64,000 nucleotides of DNA from NCBI RefSeq assembly GCF_009914755.1, contig NC_060940.1; one strand, written 5' to 3'. Position numbers and translations under genes: made by a program. The notes beneath the pieces were generated by a model. That model did not search any database, was not told where the DNA came from, and saw only the letters and a program-made list of their open reading frames with translations. This document shows positions 41,238 to 53,898 of this stretch, piece by piece. The first letter of the stretch is position 1. Each line of letters begins with the position of its first letter. Source of the stretch: the human T2T-CHM13v2.0 reference genome, Homo sapiens.

Positions 41238-43177
41238 TCAGCTTTTAAATTTAGGTCTTTGATCCATTTTGTTTATGGTACAAGGTAAGGGTCTAACTTA
41301 ATTCTTTTGGATGTGGATATCTAGTTTTCCCAGTACCATCTGTTGAAAACGTTGTTCTTTCTCCATTGAATGGTCTTGCCACCTTTGTCATAAATCAATT
41401 AACTGTATATGGGTTTATTTCTGGGCTGTTTACTCTAGTCCATGGATTGATATGTCTATCCTTATGCTAGTACCACACTTCTTTGATTACTGTAGCTACA
41501 GGAAGTTATAAAATCAGAAAGAGTAAATCCTCCACCTTTGTTCTTTTTCAAGATCGTTTTGACTACTTGGGATCCCTTAAAATTCACATGAATTTAGTAT
41601 AGGCTTTTTTTTTTCTGTTTCTGAAAAAAAAAAAACAAAAAACTACCATTGGGATTTTGATAGATTCAACACCATTGAATCCATACATTGTTTCGGGTAG
41701 TGTTGTCAATTTAACAATATTAAGTCTTCCAATCCATGAACACAGGATATATTTCCATTTACTTAGATGATCTTTATTCTTTCAGCAATATTTTGCAGTT
41801 TTCAGTGTATAAGTCTCTCACTTCCTTGGTTAAATTTATTTCTAAGTGTTTTATTATTTTAGATGCTGTTGTCAATGGACTTTTTAAATTAATTTCCTTT
41901 TTGAGTTGTTCATTGCTAGTGTGTAAGAAACACAACTGATTTTTGTGTCTTGATTTTATATCCTACAAGTTTACTGAATTTTTTTATTAGCTTAACTGTG
42001 TGTGTGCGTATGTGTGTGTGTGTGTTCTTCTTTAGGGTTTTCTACATAAAAGAGCATATCATCTGTGAATAAACGAATTTTATTTCTTCCTTTCCAATAT
42101 GGATGCTTTTTAATTCTATTTCTTGTCTAAATGCTCTGGATAGAACTTCTATTACTATGTTGCACAGAAATGATAAAAGCAGGCATTCTTGTTTTTTTCT
42201 GTTCTAAGGGGAAAAGATTTCAGTCTTTCATCATTGAATATGATATCAGCTGTAGATTTTTCAAATATAGCCTCTATCATGTTGAGGAAGTTCTACTCTA
42301 TTCTTAGCTTATTTAGTTGTTGATTAGCTTATTTATTATGAAAGGATATTGGATTCTGCAAACATTTTTCCTGCATCAATTGAGACGATGATAATTTTTC
42401 CTTCATTCTATTAATGTTATGTATTACATTGATAGATTTTCTTATGTTGAACCATCCTTGCATTCCAGAGATAAATCCCACTTAATTGTGACGTATAATC
42501 CTTTTACTATGTTGCTGAATTCGGTTTCCTAGTATTTTGTTGAGAATTTTAGCACCTGTATTCATAAGAGATATTGGTCTGTAGTTTTCCTTTCTTATAC
42601 CCTTTTTGCCCAATTTTGGTATCAGAGTTAATACTGGCCTTATAAGTTATAAGATGTTCCCTCCTCTTCAGTATATTGGAAGAATCTGAGACAGATTGAT
42701 ATTAATTCTTCTTTAAATATTTGGTAGAATTCACTAGTAAAGCCATCTGGTCCTGAGCTTTTCTTTGTTGGGAGGTTTTGATTGCTAGTTCAATCTCCTT
42801 ACTTGTTATAGGTCTATCCAGATTTTCTATTTTTCCTTGTGTCAGTTTTGGTAGTTTATGTGTTTCTAGGATTTGTCTATTTCATCTAGAGTATCCAATT
42901 TGCTGGCATACAGTTGTTGATAGTATTTTCTTAGAATCCCTTTTATTTCCATAAAATTGGTAGTAATGTCCTCATTTTCATTTTTAATTTTAGTTATTTG
43001 TGTCTTTCCTCTTTTTTTTGTTAGTCAGTATAGGTAAAGGTTTATCCATTTTGTTGATCTTTCAAAGAACCATCATTGAATAGTGTTAAGAGTGAAAGAA
43101 AAGAAAAAAAACCCAGAACTAAAGAACTAATGTTTTGTTTAGTTGATATTTCTCTATAGCTTTTCTATTCTTTCTGT

Positions 43178-43233
43178 AGTGTGTGTGTGTGTGTGTGTGC
43201 ATGCATGTGTGTGTGTGTGTGTGTGTCTGTGTG
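43178..43233. repeat. (TG)n tract, interrupted
   Basis: Direct read. Confidence 0.95.
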
Positions 43234-44929
43234 TTCTGTCTTCAGTCTAATCTTTATTATTTCCTTCCTTCTGTTAGCTTAGGTCTAGTTTTTTCTTCTC
43301 ATTCTAGTTTTTTAAGGTATACAATTGGGTTATTGATTTGAGATCTTTCTTTTTAAAAAATGTATGCATTTACAGCTATAGGTTTCCCTCATAGCACTGC
43401 TTTCACTATATTCCATACATTTGGTTGGCTGTGTTATCATTTTCATTTTTGAAAAAATATTTTCTAATTTTCTTTGTGGTTTATTCTTTGCTCCATTGCT
43501 TATTTAAGATTTGTTGTTTAATTTTCACATATTTGTGAATTTTCCTGTTTTCCTTTTACTATTAATTTCTAGTTTTATTCCATTGTAGTTGCAAAATATA
43601 CTTTGTATAATTTCAACTAAAAATTTTTCATAAGACTGTTTTGTACCCTAACATATGGTCTATCATGGATAATGTTCCATGTGTACCTAGAAGAATGTGT
43701 ATTTTGATGCTGTTGGGTAGAATGTTCTGTATATGTCTTTTAGGTCTAATTGGTTTATAGTGTTATTTATATCTTCTGCTTTCTTACTGATGTTCTATCT
43801 TATTGTTGTTTATTATTAAAAGTGAGGTATTGAAGGTTCCAATTATTGTAGTACTGTCTATTTCTCTGTTCAATTCTTTTTTTTTTTTTTAAATTTTTCT
43901 GCTTTCCCATGCTTCCTAGAGATATTTGTCTCTTCAGTTCTGTCAAGTTTTGCTTCATCTATCTTAGGTCTCTGTTGTTAGGTTTATATAGGTTTACAAT
44001 TGTTATATATTCTTGCCCAATTAAACCTTTTATCAATATATACTCACCTTTTATGTCTTTTGTTGAGCTTTTTTCACTAAAAGGTTGTTTTGTCTGACAA
44101 TAATATAGCCACCTGGCTATCTTTTGGTTACTATTTGCATAGAATACCTTTCTCTATCCTTCTAATTTCAATCTCTTTGTATTGTTATATCTAAAGTGAG
44201 TCTTATGTAAACAGCATTTAGATGGATCATGTTTCTCTTTTATTCAGTCTGCTAAGCTCTGCCTTTTAATAGGAGAGTAATTTACATTTAATGTGATTAC
44301 TGATAAAGGGGGGTTTACTTCTACCATTTTGCTTTTTTTTTCTATATGTATTATATATTTTTTGTTCCTCTATTTCTCCCTTACTGCTTTTTTTGGTATT
44401 TAGTCGATTTTTTTTAGTGTACCATTTTGGTTCCTTTCTTTCCTTTTCTGTGAATTTTAATTTTATTTTCTTAATAGCTACTTTGGGAGATTACAGTTAA
44501 CATCTTAAACTTATAACAACCTAGTTTGCAAAAGTACCAATGTAGTTTCAAAGGTGTATACATACTCTACTCCTATACATCTCTGTTCTTCTTTCTTTGT
44601 TTTGTAATTGTCACAAATCACATTTTTACACGTGTGTTCATTAACATAGACTTATAATTGTTTTATGCATTTGCCTTTTATATCACATAGAAAAAAAAGA
44701 GAAGTTACAAACCCAAAGAACAATAATACTGACTTTATATTTACCTATGTAGTTGCCTTTACCAGTGTTCTTTATTTCTTCTTATGGCTTTGAGTTAATA
44801 GCTAGTGTCCTTTTGTTTCAGACTGAAGGACTTATTTTGGTAATTCTTGTAGGGAAGATCCACTGGTAATGAACTTCCTCAGGTTTTGTTTATATGGAAA
44901 TGTCTTAATTTTCCCTTCATTCATTCATT

Positions 44930-45141
<212 letters not shown>

Positions 45142-45614
45142 GAAAGATAGTTTTGCTGGATACAGAACTCTTGGTTGACAGTTTCTTTCAGCATGTTAAA
45201 TATCATCCCACTGCCTTCTGGCCTCCATAATTTCTGATGAGAAATCAGCTATTAATCTTATTGAAGATCTCTTATATGTGACCCAAATAGCTTTTCCCTT
45301 GCTGTTTTCAAAGTTCTCTTTGCCTTTGTGTTTCAGTAGTTTGGTTGTAATGTGTCTTGATGTGGATATTTTGAGTTTAACCTACTTGGGGTTTATTGAG
45401 CTTGTTGGATATGTATATGGATGCATTTCATCACATTTGAGAAAAATTTGGCCACTCTTTCTTTGAATGTTTTTTTCTGCCACCTTTTCTCTCTATTCTC
45501 CTACCTGGATTACTGTGGTTTGTATGCTGGTATTGTTGATGGTGTTCCACAGCTCCCTCAGTTTCTGTTCATTTTTCTTTCTTTCTGTATTTTTCTTTCC
45601 ACTCTTCAGAACGG

Positions 45615-46002
45615 GTATTAATTTTCTCACGCTGCTATAACAGAATAGAATACCATAGTGTGGGTGAAACAATAGACATCTATTTCTCACAGCTCTCAAG
45701 ACTGAGAAATCTAAGATCAAGGTGCCAGCAAAAATGAGTTTTATTCTGAGGCATCTTCTCTTGCCTTGTTGCCTTCTCATTGTATGCTGACATGACTTCT
45801 TTGTCTATGTGTGTGTGGGGGGAGAGACAGAGAGAGCGAGAGGGATCTTTCTCTTCTTAAAGGTCTTCAATTCTATCAGGTGAGGGTTCTGCCCCAATCT
45901 CACTTTACTTTAATTACCTCCTAAAGGCACTATGTCCAGTCACATTGGTGGTGTTAGGGTTTCAACATATACATTTACTGGGGACATAATTCAGACCATA
46001 GC
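45615..46002 (-). mobile_element. MLT1A-like MaLR solo LTR inside L1
   Basis: gctgctataaca...tatttctcacag...aagatcaaggtgccagc...gggacataattcagaccatagca. Confidence 0.8.
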
Positions 46003-46396
46003 AGACTGGATAACTTCAATGATTTTTTCTTTAAGTTTGCTGATGCTTTCATCTGCCTGCTCAGATCCACTGTTGAATCTCTCTAGTATATTTTTAATTT
46101 CTGCTATTGTACTTCTCAGGTCCAGAATTTCTATTTGGTTCCTTTTCTAAATTTTGGCTCTTTATTGATATTCGCTATCCGTTCATACATTGTCCTTTTG
46201 GTTTCCTTTAGTTCATTGGGCCTACTCCTTCCAGGATTTGCTGTTGTTGATTGCGGATGGCTATAGCCATCCATTTGTTTAATGACTTTTCCTATTTTTT
46301 GCAAAGACTATTTCTTGTTGTGTGTGGCCACTAAACTCTCTGTTCTTTTATATCAGTGGTTATCCAGTTAACTGTCAGAAATTTCCTTAAATACCT

Positions 46397-46704
<308 letters not shown>

Positions 46705-47959
46705 AGAAATTTCCTTAAATACCTGGAGCCAAACTGTGGAAAAATATATCCCCCCGCCTAGGTTTTTGCAGATTGACTCTAAGCTGGGGCACTTCTTCAA
46801 TACTAAGCCAGGCCACATAGAACTTTGCTTAGCCTCTACCTCCTGCTTATGTGGTTCTCAAAGATCAGCCGAAGGTGGAAGCCAAGGGTCCTATCAGGTA
46901 TTTTCTGATCATGTGTCTAGCCCTAGTCATGTGCCTTTAACTCCAGGTTTCCTGATATACTTGGTAGCCCTTCAAATCCCATATTGCCCCAAGAATCTTT
47001 CTCCTTAGCATCCTCCTTTCCAAACTTTTAAGTCTATCTCTCTTGCCTTTTCTGTGCCTTGTCTCAGGTGGTTCTAGGTAGTATATGTTTTTAAATGTTT
47101 TCCACAGATACCTCACAGAAAGCCACTCTAGGCTGAGGGGGATGAAACGAAGGTCAGCCTCTATGCTGGTTTCCCAGGTAACTGCCATACCGGTTAAGAT
47201 GTACTACCACAATTATTAAAGAACAGGGTCTGTATTGCCTTCCATCTGCAGCAAACCAAACTAGAAATGCAGGCTGCCATCCACATGGCCAATGCTGAGA
47301 TGGGGACTGGGGGATGACAGGTGGGTAAGCAAAAGTGCTACATGCTTTCTCACTGAACTTAACAACTTGTTTCTTCATTAAGCGTGCCCATAGTGGCTAT
47401 AAGCTTTTGATTAGATTTCAGAGTTCCAAAAGAATTAATTCTATCAATTTTTGCCAGTTTAGTGGTTGCTTCTACGGAGGAACCAATTCTTAGAGTTCCT
47501 TACTCTTCCATTTCTGTGGTATCATTCTATCTCTCCCAGGTTTAAAAAAAATTTAAAAACACTTTTTATTAAGGAAAAATTTAAGCATATACAAAAGTAA
47601 GGAGGTTGTTTTAATGAACATCCATGAACTCATCAACCATGTGAAAAATTACCAACTCATGGCCAATCTTATTTCATCGATACCACCAACCATCGTCAAA
47701 GACTTACTAAGTGTTGTGCTCAGAGTGCCTCATGCATTATCTTATTTTCACATTACTTCTACGAGATGGATATTAATATCCCCATTTTACAGATGAGAAA
47801 ATGAAAACTGAGGGATTTAGTAATTTTCCCAAGGTCACACACAACTTCCTGGGATCAGATTCTGAACTTGTACCTATCTGGGATCTGAATCATGGCTTAA
47901 GCTGATTCTCCAATCACTTTTTCTCAGAAGCTCATTTGATGCTGACAGCAACCTGAATG

Positions 47960-48395
47960 TGGTGGACATGACTAATGTTCATTCAAATTTGCTTCTTATT
48001 TTCCAAGTGGAGATGGAATTATGATTCCTCAACTCCTTGAAATTAGACAGGGTTCTGTGGCAAGTTCTGGCCAAGGCAATGTAGGCAGAATTGACTTGTA
48101 TCAGTACTGGGCTGAAGCATTTCATTGCTGGTGCTTCACTTCCAACCCTCTCTTTGTCTGCTGCAGAGAACTCTTTAACCTCATCTTGAGATGCTAGTTA
48201 TAGGTGATGGGTTGGGGTTGGGGCTGGGGAGCCTCTATCACCTTGGGTACCTTAAAGATGATTACTACAGGAGAGCACAGCCTTTTGCTGATGATTGTAC
48301 ATGCAGTATGTATAAGAAATAAACCTTTGTTGTGGCAAACCACAGAGGTGTTGGGCTTGTCTGTTACCGCAACATAATATAGCCTATCCTGACTA
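47960..48395 (+). mobile_element. Old MaLR LTR (MLT1I/J-like)
   Basis: 3' end aagaaataaacctttgttgt...ttgtctgttaccgcaacataa..tagcctatcctgacta. Confidence 0.7.
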
Positions 48396-48496
48396 GTAAA
48401 ATAGTGCAATCATCCTTGTTTTATAGATAAGGAAACTGAGCCACAGGAACTTGCCCACTGTCATATAAATCACCCAGTTTTAGAACTAGAGATGGA

Positions 48497-48708
48497 ATGT
48501 GTGCATGTGTCTTTATAGTACAATGATTTATAATCCTTTGGGTATATACCCAGTAATGAGATTGCTGGGTCAAATGGTATTTCTGGTTCTAGATCCTTGA
48601 GGACACACCACACTGTCATCCACAATGGCTGAACTAATTTACACTCCCACCAACAGTGTAAAAGCATTCCTATTTCTCCACAGCCTCGCCAGCATCTGTT
48701 GTTTCTGA
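48497..48708 (-). mobile_element. Isolated L1PA ORF2 C-terminal fragment (no poly(A))
   Basis: Translates LLHCWWECKLVQPLW...[15 protein letters not shown], the ORF2p C-terminal region; primate-L1-like sequence. Confidence 0.93.
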
Positions 48709-49379
48709 ATGGCAGGATTTTTGTCTGGTAGAAGACAAGAAGGCATAAGAGCAGCAGAATGTTTTAGGATGGTCAAGCTTGTGGCCCTGCAGAGGGCAAA
48801 TTAGGGAGAGGGGAAGGGGAAGACCAGTTAGAAAGCAGTTGCAATAATGCAAGCAGGAGCTGCCACAGGCCTAGACCAGCAAGGACAGTGGGTGTGGCAG
48901 GGAAGGACAGTGGTGAGAGACCTGGTAAGGGAAGAGCTGTGCAGTGGTCATGGTTGTACCACTCCTGTTAGCATGGTCTCAAGTCACCTTGTGTTGACTA
49001 ATCCAATTTCATCCTTCTGGTCCAGTCAGCCCAGGCCTTGCCCGAGTCCTTTGTGTCTTGTCTGTGGCCTCCAGACTAGCTGGTAGGCTGGAGGGAGGGA
49101 CAGGCTGTTAGCAGCTGGCTGAATGCTGATGGATACATGTTCCCAGTCATTCCTTTCAATCTCAACCCTGTCTGTCACCATCTCTTCTCCCTAAGAGTGC
49201 AGAAAGCAAAGCTGCTCTGGGACCATCCCAAATGCCAAGGTCAGGGGGTGGTGGCCGATGCCACGCTGGGAACTGGCTCTTCAATTTTAAAGTGAAGCCA
49301 CTGGCTTCAGACGTGCTGGTCTTGGGCACCTCTAGGGTCACCCTCCTGCTTCCCTGGAATCAGACCTGCCAGGTCCCTT

Positions 49380-49880
49380 TTACCAAGTCAGCTGAAAAGT
49401 TTCTAATCTCTTTGCAAAGTGTCAAGTATCTTCCAGCACCTTGAAAGGTGATTTTCTAAAAGCAGATCAAACAGTTTTGACATTTGCTACGGAGCCATTT
49501 AAAGTTCTACTACAGGCTCACCGTTGGCCACGGCAGCTCAACTGGCCGCAGATAAAGGTTGAAGCAGCACGTCTCTCCACAGACATGAGGAGCCGGCTCG
49601 TGGGAGCCGCATCCCGGAGAGAAACACAGTCCACAAAAGTTAATCTGCTGCTTTGTCTTGGCCGACAATTTATTCTTTCATGAAAGCCAGCCCATAATCC
49701 CCAATTGAATTCTGCACACACATTTTTTTAATTTGCTGGAATTTGCAAAAACACATCAGTGGCTCTGCAGCCTTTGGATTTTCATGTTTAGCAAAAATAA
49801 TCCCACGACATCGCCTTCAAAGCGCTCTCTGCATCAGGCTTTTTCCCGGCTCGATCTTGCCTTCTAACAAGGGAGCTGAA
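49380..49880. promoter_or_regulatory. Putative enhancer (K50 homeodomain/GATA/TCF motif cluster)
   Basis: Repeat-free, retains CpGs, motif cluster; inferred. Confidence 0.45.
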
Positions 49881-49950
49881 CAGTGAGGGGCACTGAGGTC
49901 GGGGTTGCTGTCTGCTGTGCTATCCGCTGCCAGCCAGGACCATACAGGAC

Positions 49951-50302
49951 CAGGGTCACTAACTTAGTTGTCTTCAAGGTCAGTCAAATAAAGTAAGTGG
50001 GCGGAGTGAGCTGGGTAAATAATAAGGAGTGGTGGAGACTGTGGCAAACTGAAAATTGCATACCCTTTCAAAATGGGGCAGCTGGCCTCAGCAATGGATA
50101 ACTGTCGCTGGGTGGGAATGTGGGCTCAGTACTTTCAGAGCTTCCCATCTTCCAAAAGAAGCAAGACATTTGGCATTTAAAAAATATGAAATTGCTTCAT
50201 TTTTAAATGTTGATCCAAATTCTCTTAAAACACTCTGCAGGCCAAACCAAAGATGTCTGTTGGCCCAATCTGGCTTGCAGAGCTGTGGGTTTATAACCTC
50301 TG
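49951..50302. mobile_element. MER102-like hAT-Charlie element
   Basis: ggagtggtggagactgtggcaaactg...gggaatgtgggctcagt...ccaaaagaagc...aggccaaac...aacctctg. Confidence 0.75.
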
Positions 50303-50339
50303 ATCAAAGGGCAGAGACATGAGTGGGGAGGTTAGACTC

Positions 50340-50557
50340 ACCTCCTACCTTTCTTCCTTTTTCTTCTTTCCTTTTTCTTCCTTTCTCTCTCTCTCTTTCT
50401 TTGTTCATTCTTTCTTTTCTTTTCGACAGGGTCTTGCTCTTTTTGCCCAGGCTGAAGCACAGTGACACAATCATAGGTCACTGCAGCCTCAAACTCTTGA
50501 GCTCAAGCAATCCTCCTTTGGCCTCCCAAAGTGCTGGGATTACAGGTGTGAGTCACC
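50340..50557 (-). mobile_element. AluJ hybrid monomer (inter-arm deletion)
   Basis: Right-arm end fused to left-arm start at caatcctcct|ttggcctccc. Confidence 0.8.
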
Positions 50558-51044
50558 TTTTTTCTTTAACCTGAGAGGTCATGCATCCAGTTCAATGGCC
50601 TCATTTTACAGATGGGGAAACTGAGGCCAATCACTCAGATAACTCACTGATCTTTCTCCTACTGCCTCTTATATAAGACTTAAGGCATGTTGTCACTTAA
50701 AATGTGAGACTTAAAAATGTCGCTCCCCAGGATGTGAGACTTAAGGTGTAATAACCCCCAGAAATCTCATTTTAATAACAGATACAAACCTTTACAACTC
50801 AAAGGAATACCTCTCTTCAACGGTGACACTTTAGACAATGTGACAGGAGAGTTGGGTAAGGGCTTTTCAAAAGTTCCTGCAATGCTAGGTGGGTGTCCTC
50901 TCTGCCCCAGGTAGTTCCTGGAGTAGTTCTCCCTACCCCAGCAATATCTAGGATGGGTTCCTGTCCTCCCACCAAACTGCTGGGGCACAAATTGGTTCCC
51001 ATGAGAGACTGGACCCCTGGAACTCTGGGGCTCCTGTTTGGAGT

Positions 51045-51257
51045 TTCTTTTTTTTGAGACAGGGTCCCCCTCTGTCACCCAGGCTGGAGTGCAGTGTTGC
51101 AATCACAACTCATTGCAGCTTCGACCTCCTGGGCTCAAGCGATCCTCTTGTCTCAGCCTCAGGAGTAGCTAGGACTACAGGGAAGTGCTGCCACGCCTGG
51201 CTAGATTTTTAATTTTTATTTTGTAGACATGGAGTCTCCCCATGTTGTCCAGGCTGG
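51045..51257 (-). mobile_element. AluJ, 5'-truncated
   Basis: TSD tggagtttct. Confidence 0.9.
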
Positions 51258-51579
51258 TGGAGTTTCTGCACCTGCAGATCTGCCATAAAATTCTCAAGAT
51301 GGCTCTGGTCTGGCTGCTGCCTAACATGGAAGGGGGTACCTTCCTGAGAGTTCAGCAAAATAAATCCAAGCTGCAAAGATTCTTCCAGGACCTGCTTTGA
51401 GATTGGCTAGAGCAGAAGCAGTTAGCTACAAGGAGAGGGTGGCATTCTCATCTTTTCTGCCCTGCTGGCCTGGAAACCCGTGGCTGGTCAGTGAGCCCTC
51501 CCTCCTGCCCCAGGCTCCCACCCATGTCCTCATCCTGCTCCACACCTCCTCTTGTGCAGTCTGTCAGAGCTCTGACCAC

Positions 51580-51800
51580 CAAATTAGCCCTTCGTGATTT
51601 TATTTGGCTTTTATTGGCTCAAGCTGTATGTTGGAGATGGAGCCAGATGTGAGGCCGGAGGACGACTTGAAAGGCCAGGTAATTAGCAGCATCTGCCTCT
51701 GCCTTCTTATCTTGACAGGCAGACACACAGAGCAGTGACCTGGGAGCCGGGAGGCAGCTGCTTTCTTGACATAAAACGAGGCAAAGGCCAAAGGGGAACT
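51580..51800. promoter_or_regulatory. Putative enhancer (HOX/CDX, MEIS, GATA, E-box motifs)
   Basis: Repeat-free motif cluster; inferred. Confidence 0.35.
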
Positions 51801-51820
51801 GCACTTGGCCTGGAATGGCA

Positions 51821-51874
51821 GCATGTGTGTGTGTACGTGTATGTGTGTGTGTGCGTGCACGTGTGTGTGTGTGC
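51821..51874. repeat. Alternating purine-pyrimidine (TG/CG/CA) tract
   Basis: Direct read. Confidence 0.95.
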
Positions 51875-51989
51875 CTGCAACCACATGTTAGTGTGAGTGC
51901 ATTGAAGATCATCCCCTCCACCCATTGTTTTCTTGCTCCAGACTCTGAAGAACTGTCTGCCAACTTCTAACCACCTGGGGTGGAATTAT

Positions 51990-52785
51990 TATTTTTCAAT
52001 GGAGAAATCATTTACATACAGTGAAATGCATAGATCTTAAGTATATGGTTTGCTGTGTTTTCACAAGTGAGTAAAATTCATGTAACACATGGTCCAATGA
52101 AGACATGAAACATTTTCCTTGCCCCTAGAAAGTTCTTTTTCTTTGTATTTATTTATTTCTTTTTGAGACAGGGCCTCTCTTTGTTGCCTAGCCTGGAGTG
52201 CAATGGTGTGGTTATAGCTCACTGCAGCCTCTAACTGCTGGGCTCAAGTGATCTTCCTGCCTCAGCCTCCCAAGTAGCTGGAACTACATGCCCCACTGCA
52301 CCAAGCTAATTATTTTTTTGTAGAGATGGAGATTTGTTATGTTGCTCGGCTGGTTTTGAATTCACCACCTCAAACAGTCCTCTCGCCTTGACCTCCCCAA
52401 GTGTGGGGATTACAGAAGTGAGCTACCATACCTGGCCCCTAGAAAGTTCTTTATGGTTCTTCCCAGTGACTCCTCCCCTCTCCCTCACACAGGCAACCAT
52501 ATTCAGTTCCAATTTCTATTGCCAAAAATGAATTTTTGCCCGTTCTTAGATATCATGTAAATGGAACCATAGAATACAATCATAGACTTGCAGTCTTCTT
52601 GTGTCTGGCTTCTTTTGCTCAACCTAATGTTTTGGAGATTCATCCAAGTTGTTACATGTATTAGGAATTCATCCTTTTCACTGCTGAGTAGTATTTCACT
52701 GTATGAGTGGATCACAATTTATTTATCCATTCTCTGGTTGATGGATATTCGGATATTCATTTTTTTTGCTGTTTTGAATAAAGCA
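51990..52785 (-). mobile_element. Old L1M 3' end containing AluJ (52139-52437)
   Basis: tttacatacagtgaaatgcatagatcttaagt...; Alu TSD cctagaaagttcttt (52124-52138, 52438-52452); L1 resumes at ~54661. Confidence 0.85.
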
Positions 52786-53898
52786 GTATATCAGTTTTTT
52801 ATGGCTGTGTCACTAATTACCATAACCATAATGGCTTAAAACACCACAGATGTATTACCTCACTGTTTCTCTGGGTTAGGTGTCCAGGCATGGATGGGTT
52901 GGGTCCGGTGCCAGGGGTCTCACCGGGCTTAAATCAAGGTGTCAGCCAGTGCTGTGATCTCATCTGAGGCTCGGGGTCCTCTGCTAAGTTCACAGCACTG
53001 TTGGTGGAATTCAGTTTCTCGTGGTGGTTGTACCGAGGCCTTGAGCTCCTAGAGGTCACCTTGCCTTCCACATGGCCTTCTCCACAGCATGCCAGTTTTC
53101 TTCTTCAGGGCCAACAGGAGTACGTCTGCTGTGGCATCACATCTCTCTGACTTCTTCCATCTCGGATCTCTAGACCGTCTTTTAAAGGGTGCACCTGATT
53201 AGGTCAGGCCCACTGAGGGTGATACGGTTTGGATGTGCATCCCCTCCAGATCTTTAAAAAATTTTTTTTGTGGGTATATAGTAGGTGTATACATTTATAG
53301 AGTACATTAGATGTTTTGATACAGGCATGTAATGTCACTACTACTCAGCAGTGAAAAGGAATGAATTCCTAATACATGTAACAACTTGGATGAATCTCCA
53401 AAACATTAGGTTGAGCAAAAGAAGCCAGACACAAGAAGACTGCAAGTCTATGATTACATTCTATGGTTCCATTTACATGATATCTAAGAACGGGCAAAAA
53501 TTCATTTTTGGCAATAGAAATTGGAACTGAATATGGTTGCCTGTATGAGGGAGAGGGGAGGAGTCACTGGGAAGAACCATGAAGAACTTTCTAGGGGCCA
53601 GGCTTGGTAGCTCACTTCTGTAATCCCCACACTTGGGGAGGTCAAGGCGAGAGGACTGTTTGAGGCTGTGAATTCAAAACCAGCCTGAGCAACATAACAA
53701 ATCTCCATCTCTACAAAAAAATAATTAGCTTGGTGCAGTGGGGCATGTAGTTCCAGCTACTTGGGAGGCTGAGGCAGGAAGATCACTTGAGCCCAGCAGT
53801 TAGAGGCTGCAGTGAGCTATAACCACACCATTGCACTCCAGGCTAGGCAACAAAGAGAGGCCCTGTCTCAAAAAGAAATAAATAAATACAAAGAAAAA
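52136..53898. repeat. Inverted duplication: arms 52136-52693 and 53339-53898, 645-bp spacer
   Basis: Manual alignment: about 8 substitutions and 2 single-base indels in ~560 bp; also visible as near-identical ORFs 52334-52531(+) and 53502-53708(-). Confidence 0.97.

Noticed and set aside
43070-43125. Short A-rich insert in L1 flanked by aaagaac(c/t)a
   Set aside because: Too short to assign a source; could be a micro-retroposition or local slippage
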